Positions 54,893 to 64,000 of a DNA stretch of 64,000 bases are shown one piece after another (position 1 is the first letter of the stretch; each line of letters opens with the position of its first letter). The stretch lies in the NCBI GenBank assembly GCA_964016885.1, contig OZ024757.1, forward strand, positions 27,404,001-27,468,000, read 5' to 3'. The notes below the pieces were generated by a model. It was not told the origin of the DNA. It made no database searches and worked only from the letters and a program-made list of their open reading frames with translations. A program made the translations under genes and the position numbers. Source of the stretch: Eledone cirrhosa. Lineage: Eukaryota.

Positions 54893-55071
54893 TTAAATGA
54901 TTGGAATGCACCTTACTATATAACAACTATATATATATATATATAGGAAAATGTATGACCCCGACGGCAGAGCTCAAGCCGTTTCGACGGCTATTTCTGG
55001 ACTCTACTACCCTAAGTATTGAGTACTCTGGTGCGTTATGGTCCATCTGGTTCCTTACCACAACTCCTTCG

Positions 55072-55118
<47 letters not shown>

Positions 55119-56019
55119 TATATGTCTTTTGCGGTTGTAATTGCTGGGGTGGGGAGTAGGTCTGAGAATCTACCCCCTACAAAAATGCTCTTGGCTTGCA
55201 TCTGATACTGTCTCTAACAACCGAAGCCCATCCCCTGGCCTTACCATGCCAGAGATGTTTGGAACTGACAAGGAGAAGGGACGAAAGTGTGTTATTGGTC
55301 CCTGAAAATCAGTAGACAAGACTCACCAGCTTGGCTGGTAATTTGTCTAGGAGAAGCATCACTCTGATTTTAAAACCAGGGAAGATGGGTCTCCTTAGTC
55401 ATATTTATAACAACCAATCTATACGCTAAAGCAGAGGTTCTCAAAGTGGGCGCTACTGCTCCCGGGGGGGGGGGGGGTGAGAAGGTCCAGGAGGCACTGC
55501 CTATACTATAATAGTATATTAAATATCAGATGATACATATATATAGAGATATAGTAAAATAAAAAGATATATAATACATAATATTTATTTAAACATAGTA
55601 TGTATTATATTATCTCCTTATAATATATAACCAGCAATTTCTCTGTCTGTCCGACAGTGGAAACACGTGCGCTCGTGCGAATGTTTTTTGCGCACGCGTA
55701 AAGAGAGAGTGAGAGTGAAAGAAAGAGACAGACTACGAGAGGGGGATAGCGGGAGGGAGAGAGGGAGAGAGAGAGTGAATAGACGCTAAAACACGTGCGC
55801 GCGTGCGAATGTTTTTTGCGCACGCGTAGAGAGAGAGAGAGTGAGAGTGAAAGAAAGAGACAAAGTACAAGAGGGGGATAGCGGGAGGGAGAGAGGGGGA
55901 ATTGAGGAGTGCTACAGAAACATATATACATTTCTGTGTGTGTGTAATATATATATATATATACACACACAGAAATATATATATATACACACAGAAATAT
56001 ATATACATTTCTGTGTGTG

Positions 56020-56070
<51 letters not shown>

Positions 56071-56071
56071 G

Positions 56072-56110
<39 letters not shown>

Positions 56111-56188
56111 GAAATATATATACATTTCTGTGTGTGTAATATATATATATACTAGCAGAAAACCGCCCACCGAGTGGTTTTCTGCTAG

Positions 56189-56776
56189 TCTATATATATA
56201 AAACTGAGGATGTCTGTCTGTGTGTGTGTGAGTTTGAATCCCTAAAACTAGAGAAGCACCCAACCGACTGTTTTCAAACTTTACACATGTAATACTTCTG
56301 TTTCAGGGAGTGTTCTGAGCAAAAACAATTTCAAATTTTCAATGCCCTAGGGTCCGCATTAGGCGATTTAGCGATCTCTCTCTATAATTCTTAGTCTTTC
56401 TCTTTTTAGATAGATACATACATATAACGTCGCGCCCTTATAATATCTGTCTGTATGTCTAGCTGTCTGCATTACGTCACTTTCTACAATTCGTTCTGCG
56501 CCCAGAACGCACCCTTATAATATCTGTCTGTATGTCTGGCTGTGCTGCCTCCGGTTATTCTGCCACTCTTGCTCAAGATAAATCTCACACTCATTCCCCA
56601 AGCAGTTGGTAAGTGCACACAACTTATTCCTCACGTTTTAAGCCAGTGTTGCTTACTTACGTACCACCAGACCCTTACTTCTTTGCCAGCCGTGGTTGTG
56701 GCAATACTAAGCTTAGCTAAGGCGGTTATATATTTCACAATACCTTATCCCGTGCAACGCTGGGTACCACTGCTAG
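56189..56776 (+). mobile_element. Non-autonomous Helitron-like element
   Basis: 5' TCtatatatataaaa; 3' hairpin cccgtgcaacgctggg followed by CTAG at 56773-56776. Confidence 0.75.
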
Positions 56777-56829
56777 TTTATTATATATAAATAAACGATT
56801 TATTTCATTATATATTATTTACAATTCGC

Positions 56830-57830
56830 TCTTCAGGCAATGTTTTCAATCTGACTAGAATGAGATTCAACTCTAAAGTCTTCACCTCTTTGATCTGTGA
56901 CCTTCTATATGCAGATGACTGCGGACTCACACTGAGAGGGCTTGCAAAGCCAGATCAGTAGTTTTGATGCTGCTTGTGATATGTTCGGCTATATAATTAA
57001 TTTGAAAAAGACTGTTGTAATGCATCAACCTGCTCTTGGAGAGCAGACAGCTGCACCCCAAATTCTCATTTGGGGCACAATGCTAAGGATGCTGACTTCA
57101 TTTGAATACCTTGACAGTACGATACAAGCTGGTGGCAAATTGGATACAGAAATTATATCTCATATACAAAAGGCAGCAAAAGGTTTTGGTGAACTAGAAA
57201 TTAAAGTCTGGTCACAAGATCACATTAAATTCGAGACTAAGATTGCCGTATTTATTTCATTCATACTCTCTGTACTGCTGTATTCATCCAAGACATGGAC
57301 GTTGTACACACGACATATTGAAATGTTGGAGCAGTTTCACCAAAAATGCTTCTGGCATATACTCAAAATAAGTTTGAACACATTCGTTCCAGACACTGAG
57401 ATTCTTGCTAGGGTAAAGCTTACATCTACTCAAGCTATGCTTATTAGGAATCAGTTAAGATGGACAGGTCAAATGATTCGTATGAGTGACAGGTGCATCT
57501 CAAGAAAATGATTTATGGCAAACTCAAGCTGGACAAAAGGTTAAATAATAAGCTAAGGAGGAGATACAGAGACTTTTTAAAAGTGAACTTAAAATGCCTT
57601 AACATATCCTACAAAAATCTTGAATTATGTACAGTAGAGTGGCCAGGAGAAATGTCATTTGAAATAGAGAGAGTAAAACATGCAGAACTAAAAGGAAAGT
57701 GTGGAAGAGTGAGACCAACAGTAATAATGATAAATCGTATCCAGCATTGGTTTTCAAGTACCCTGTGTGCCCTATGCTGTGCCTTTCAAATGCTGGCTTG
57801 AAGTCACACCAACAAGGATATGATGGTAAT
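56830..57830 (+). mobile_element. RTE-BovB-like LINE RT remnant
   Basis: DLLYADDC, INLKKTVVM, FEYL, LLYSSKTW, QLRWTG..RM. Confidence 0.85.
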
Positions 57831-58169
57831 GTCCAAGTTGACTTTTCAAAAACTTTGTTGCAAAGAATCAGTTCCAGTGTCATATATGTCAGAAAATATT
57901 CAAATCAGAAGATGGATTGAAGCGACATCTGAACATACACAATAAGCAAACCCAAAGAGGACACAAGAACGAAATGAGACGTCATTGTATTATTTGTGGA
58001 CGGGTGTTTCACAGGCTTTCAGGACTCAAAAGCCATTTGAGATCTCATGCCAGGAAGGAACAGACATAAAGTGCAAGAAGTGGTCAAGCTTTGTATGGAG
58101 CAGATGGCCACCATGTATGTGTGTATGTATGTTCTTCTGGTTTTATAATTTCATAAATTTTTTCCCAAT

Positions 58170-59555
58170 AGAGAGAGAGTCGGTTTCTAACATAGACACA
58201 AGACTCTCTCATTGGAATTTACACAACATCAACTAGGTAGATTATGTATGTATGTGTAGATATGGATGTTATTGTATGTGTATGTTTTGAGTTGTATGTG
58301 TGAATGTGTATATGCTTTGCATCTGTACATGTGTATATGCAGTTATTAGATGCAAAATTTTTGGAATGTTTTACATATTTTTACTGTTCCATTAATGGAT
58401 TGTACTTGTAATTTCCTAACTAGTTGTGTTCTTTCTGTTCCTGTGAAGCCTAGCTTCTCAAGATTTGTATTGAGGCAGTTACTAACATACCCCAGTGCCC
58501 CAATAATCACAGGCATAAATCTGAAGGTGTAATCAGGGTGGAGTATCTGCAGATTTCTCATTAGTTCTGCATAAATATTCTCCTTTTCGCTAATCTTTGA
58601 TATTATATTGGCATCTTCTGGGCAGCTAATTTCCACTACTGTGCATGCTTTCTTCTCCCTGTCCCATATCATAATATCTGATCTGTTATGCCTGCATTTT
58701 ATTGGGGTTTTTACTGGAACATTCCATTCTTTCATATTATGTACATGGATGTCTTCCACATTGCTGTAGCTTTTAATGTGTTTATTATCAGGGCTATCTT
58801 TTTTACGAACTGCATTATACAGTGTTTTGGCCACTACATCATGCCTCATAGGTAGATAGTACCGCGATGACATCTTTGGACAGCTGCTGATGACATGGGT
58901 GATATCCTCGATGTTAGTTCTGCAGAGTCTGCACTTGTTATCACATCTAGGTGTTTTGCCTGCATCCCTATCTCTTTTGTGAATCAGGTATTTCGTGTTA
59001 CTCTCCTGTTCTTGGATTGCAAAAGCGTATCCTTCAAAGTGGGAGGCCAATATAGCGGTTGTTGGTCCAAGATAGACTACTTTCCTTATCTATATTACTC
59101 TCACTCTTTAATTTAATATCGATTTAATATCGATGCTTCCTGGCAACATATCCATGCATGATCTTTTGCTGATAAGCATGCAGTTTTTCATCCATGGATT
59201 CACTGCGATTCTGCTGAGAGACTTCCCTGGGTGTGAGCTTTTGATTATCACACAGGGAATATCTTTCGAGGAGTTCCTTCCCAACTCTCATGATCTTATC
59301 TGTTTCATGCAGATAGACTTGCTCGAGAAACGGGCTCCTACGCTTCGAGGTTCGTAGATGTTTTCGGAGAGATATGATGCAACATTCAAATGTTGTTTGG
59401 ACTGATGTTAGGCCTCTGCCTAATGTATGTATGTATCTCTCTAGGAGAAGGTCACTCTGATATAAAACCTGCATCTTTGTTTGCATCCAATGATGTAGAC
59501 CAGTTCTTTTTGGGCAAATGCATTCAATGTTTAGAGTGGGATTGATCCCGTGCAA
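58170..59555 (-). mobile_element. RLE-type non-LTR retrotransposon (R4/NeSL-like) 3' fragment
   Basis: FAIQEQ..TK, CCHC knuckle CRLC..EDITHVISSC, RHD, HNRSDI..VVEIS..K...Y restriction-like endonuclease; 3' fragments also at ~37135-37230 and ~37690-37905. Confidence 0.85.
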
Positions 59556-61074
59556 AGCCTTTCCTCACTTAAAAAAGCTTCAAGCACAGGCATCGCTTGA
59601 TATGTGACATTTTTTGCGATGCATGGTATTGCTGGCCATAGGCAAGTCCCTAGCAGGACTAAAAAGCCACGTCCGTGGTATACATGCATAAGTAACAAGT
59701 GATGGCATTACTCGAAATCAAGTTGCAGCCATCATCATGAATGTATGTATGCATGTATGCATGTTTCTCTTTCAGTCACATTTCTGTTCAACTTTGTAGA
59801 AGTCAAGCCGGCTACAAACAAAGAGACAAAACATTTTTGTTTGAGTCAAGAAAGTTCCAGATATTTCTAAATAACTGAGTGAGCTAGTGTGTGTGTGTTA
59901 CATGTAGGTGTGTGTGTGCTTACACTGGAAATGATTCTTTAGTACACATGTGTTTGTGTGTGTGTACATGTGTGTGTATGATTACTCTTTATATGTGTTT
60001 GTGTGTGTATTTGTGTATGGTTATATATGTGCATGTATATATGTGTGAGTGTAATTACTCTGTGTGTGTTTGTGTGTGAGTGTGATTACCCTATATATGT
60101 GAGTGGGTATGTGTGTGTGTATTTGTGTATGATTATATATCTGCATGTGTGTGTGTGAGTGTAATTACTCTATGTATGTGTGTGAGGGTATGTGTATATG
60201 ATTAACCTCTATATATGTGTGTGTGTGGTTATGCTATATATTTGTGTGTGAGCGTATGTGTATATATCTGATTACTTTTTATGTGTATGTAAGTATGTGA
60301 GTTTGTGTGTGTGTGTCATATACAAATATTCCAAGAAACTTAAATGGGGAATCTTTGAAATGCCTATGTGTGTGGGGGTATGTATGTATGTATGTGTGGG
60401 TATGTATGTGTATGTATGTGTATGTATGTTTGTGTGTGTATGTATGTGTGTGTGTATATAATAATAATAATAATGAAAATTATTATGTGCAGTATGTGTG
60501 TATGTGTGTATGTTTGTTTGTATGTATGTATGTGTGGGTATGTATGTATGTGTTTGTGTATGTATGTGTGTATTCATGTATGTATGTATCCATATATGTA
60601 TGTATAAATGTGTCTGTGTATATATGTGCGTATGTGTGTGTGTGTGCACTTCTGTTCCACCACTGCACACAAGACAGACTGCCAACCGCATTGATGGAGG
60701 GAGGAACAGCGAACAGGGGGCTGGGGGGAGGAGGTAGTTGTAAAATCAATAAGTTACCAAATTTTTGAGAAAATCAATGAAGTCTTGATGTGTTACACTG
60801 ACAGGTGGGTGCCGGTGATGGTGGTGGGGGTGGAGACGAGCAGTGATGTAGGGGTGGATGGCTGGTGGTGCAGGCTTGTGAGAAGGGTACGCATGGTGGT
60901 GAAAGGCATCTAACAGAAAGGGAGAGTAAGGCAGAGAGCATGGGAGATATAGATATATATCTAGGTAGGCAGATTGATATAGATACATAGGTAGACAGAC
61001 AGGCAATTAGGCAGACAGACAGATAGACAGACAGACAGACTGACTGATAGATAGATAGATAGGTAGATAGATAG

Positions 61075-61137
<63 letters not shown>

Positions 61138-61200
61138 AACCCATGCTAGCGTGGAAGATGGACGTTAAACGAAGATGATGATATATATATATATATATAT

Positions 61201-61385
61201 AACGAAGGAGTTGTGGTAAGGAACCAGATGGACCATAACACACCAGAGTATTCAATACTTAGGGTAGTAGAGTGGGTAATAGGAAAATGTTTGACCCCTA
61301 CGGCAGAGCTCAAGCCGTTTCGATGTCTCAGAAATAGCCGTAGAAACGGCTTGAGTTCTGCTGTCGGGGTCAAACATTTTCCTAT
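61201..61385. repeat. Fold-back cassette with 43-bp arms (61279-61321 / 61343-61385); family copy at 54943-55073
   Basis: Direct sequence comparison; contains the HHR 3' half GAAACGGC..GCYGTC. Confidence 0.85.
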
Positions 61386-61629
61386 ATATATATAGATATA
61401 GATAGATAGATAGATAGAGGCAAACTGCGACAGAAAGAGAGAAATGGATAGTTGAATAGAGAGCTAGCTATATATATATATATATATATATTTATTAAAA
61501 TAATAGATTAAAGTTTAAGCAAAGAATCGCTGCTTTCACCCCTAACGAGATCTTCTGTAACTAAAAAAAATCATATATATATATATATACGATATTAACA
61601 AATGGAAACTATATTTATAAAACCATATT

Positions 61630-61694
61630 TATTTCATTATACATATTTCAAGGACACCAAGTTAAATTATGGTGTGCTTTCATCAGATAAAATA
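61630..61694 (-). ncRNA. Minimal type I hammerhead ribozyme (mirror copy in palindrome)
   Basis: Reverse complement of 61855-61919. Confidence 0.8.
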
Positions 61695-61854
61695 TAATAT
61701 AGAGCAGTTTTATAAATAAATATTGACATACCCTTAAAGAATGCAACCATTACTGTTGGAAGCTCCCGGATAGTCCTATCCGGGAGCTTCCATCAGTAAT
61801 GGTTGCATTCTTTAAGGGTATGTCAATATTTATTTATAAAACTGCTCTATATTA

Positions 61855-61919
61855 TATTTTATCTGATGAAAGCACACCATAATTTAACTTGGTGTCCTTG
61901 AAATATGTATAATGAAATA
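61855..61919 (+). ncRNA. Minimal type I hammerhead ribozyme, intact core
   Basis: tattttat CTGATGA aagcacacca-loop-tggtgtcctt GAAA T ATGT A TA^ atgaaata; 8-bp stem I with one G-U pair. Confidence 0.8.
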
Positions 61920-62199
61920 AATATGGTTTTATAAATATAGTTTCCATTTGTTAATATCGTATTTTTATTCCAATTATTTGTTGAGGGCTTTATATCAGTT
62001 ATAAAAATATTTGCTTGTTGTATCCCAACAATTTAAATAGAACTTTTACATATATATATATATATATAGAGGGAGAGAGAGAGAATAGTGTGAAAAGCTA
62101 AGGGGGGGAGGGTTAGAAAAATACAGTATAGAGGTGTAAATCAGAAGTAATATTGTTGGCTTGTTAATGTCTGTGTGTCTGTAGAGAAAGAGTATAAGA

Positions 62200-62253
<54 letters not shown>

Positions 62254-63664
62254 GAGAGAGAGCAGTTATATGGGAATGAGGGATAGCTGCCCCCTATAAG
62301 GAAATTCTGTGGTTATAAATTTATTGCTATTTGTTACCTGTTTTTCTGTTCTTTGCTTACATGGCTTTCCTTTATATAGCTTTTATTAGGTACCACCAGA
62401 TTGTTTGGGGAATGTTTACTGTGGTAGACTAGTATCCTATCCAGGTGATGATTTATCTCTCATCACAGTATCTGTGTGACAGTACATTATAGTCTCAGTT
62501 TACCCTAGCTGTCAATTGGTACAACTAGATCACTTGGGGAATGTTAACTGTGAGAGATTGGTATCCTATCAAGGAGGAGATTTATTCCTACTTTGCTTCA
62601 CACCATGAATCCAAAGCAAAAACCAGTCCTTAAAAGTCATCTTATTATTTAAGAGGTTTTTGGTTAATAACATAAAGCACCAATAATGCGCTGGGGTCAA
62701 TTTAATTGGCTTTTCCCTCACCCCAAATTGTTTACCTTGTGTCTAAACCAGAAATTATTATATGGTTTTGGAAGGCAGTGGAATGGTAGAATCGGTAGAG
62801 CACTGGACACCATGCTTTGTGGCATTTAGTTATGTCCCTTTATGTTCTGAGTTCAAATCCTGTCGAGGTTAGCTTTGCCTTTCATCTTTACAGGGTCGAT
62901 AAAATAAAGTACCAGTAACACAGTGGGGTTGATTTAATTGACCTACCCTTCCTCCAAAATCGTTGGCCTTGTGCTTAAATCAGAAACCATTATTTAAGAA
63001 GTTTTGCATAATTAGACACATTCTCTACTAATCATTATAATATAGTGGTCTATAAGTAGACAGTCACATAGCAGTGCTGTGACATATTCTAACATTTGAC
63101 ATATTTTTTACTGGGGTCTATATAATATAATAATGATATAATGAAAATTATTGTGTACAGTGCTCAGGTGCATTACAACTCATCAAAGGTGCATGTATAG
63201 TACATAGAATAATGTAGAAATGTCAGGAAAGTGAACAGTGTATGAGTCATTGATATACACACAGACACACAGATACATGTGTGCATGTGTATGGGCAGGG
63301 AATATCAGGTGTAGTGTTGGAGAATGTCAGGAAGCATAAAGGTTTTAAAGGATGCAGTGTCCCAATAGCTAACTATAAATGTTTGTTCCATGCTTCCGAA
63401 AGTCATGGGAGCTGGACTGTTTTCTGATTTTGTAAGAATGTCCACTCAAACACATCCTGGTAACCAGAAATGTGTCAGGGTCTATATTGAGATTCATTGT
63501 CTACAAGCTATTATTGTCTCATCGTCTATATTTAGGTTAACCAAGTACTGTGTTATTGTCTATGGTCTATATATATATAGACACTGTCAAGTAAGCAATG
63601 CTATGTCATGGTCTATATTTAGATTAACAAGTACTGAGTTGTTATCTATGGTCTATATATAGAT

Positions 63665-63842
63665 CAGGGTTTCTCAAACTTTTTTCAAACACAGAACCCT
63701 TTTTGGTTCAGAAACTTTTGGGGGGACTCCAAAGTCTAATACTGTTATGGCTGTAATATACTCCTCTACCTTTTTTCATGGAACCCCAGACATTCGTTTG
63801 CGGAACCCATGGGTTTCGCAGAACCTACTTTGGAAATCACTG
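63665..63842. mobile_element. hAT (Charlie-like) MITE
   Basis: cagggtttctcaaa...tttggaaatcactg; TSD atatagat/atatagac. Confidence 0.75.
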
Positions 63843-63886
63843 ATATAGACACTGTCAAGTAAACAGCACTGTGTCATGGTCTATAT

Positions 63887-63938
<52 letters not shown>

Positions 63939-64000
63939 GTACCTTGACGTCTGTAGTCGTAGGGGAGGATCCTACTGCAGCACCAGCACACACTCAAAAT

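Larger units (their letters stand above)
61587..61962. repeat. Near-perfect palindrome, 187-bp arms, 2-nt loop
   Basis: Centre cccggatag-tc-ctatccggg at 61774-61775. Confidence 0.95.

Overview
Repeat-dense, AT-rich eukaryotic DNA. The SINE, LINE and microsatellite repertoire suggests an octopus (coleoid cephalopod); this is inferred, not tested. Nearly all ORFs in the supplied track are translations of microsatellites or minisatellites. One convincing host coding exon is present: a minus-strand TOR1AIP (LAP1/LULL1)-like membrane protein at 49092-50033 that appears to lack the torsin-activating arginine finger. The rest consists of tRNA-type SINEs, fragments of Tx1/L1, RTE, R4/NeSL-type and Penelope retroelements, mariner remnants, hAT/Tc1/pogo-type MITEs and Helitron-like elements. 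The most striking unannotated signal is a dense set of minimal type I hammerhead ribozyme (HHR) motifs, about 12 with an intact catalytic core and about 10 degenerate. Many sit in short non-coding cassettes inserted in (TA)n. At least five sequence-unrelated cassette families share an asymmetric fold-back architecture: one arm stops at a fixed point and the other carries a further ~55-90 nt tail. One family is physically the inverted pseudo-LTR of a Penelope RT/GIY-YIG remnant, which points to a system of non-autonomous, ribozyme-bearing Penelope-derived retro-palindromes. All coordinates and folds were read by eye, so repeat boundaries are approximate.
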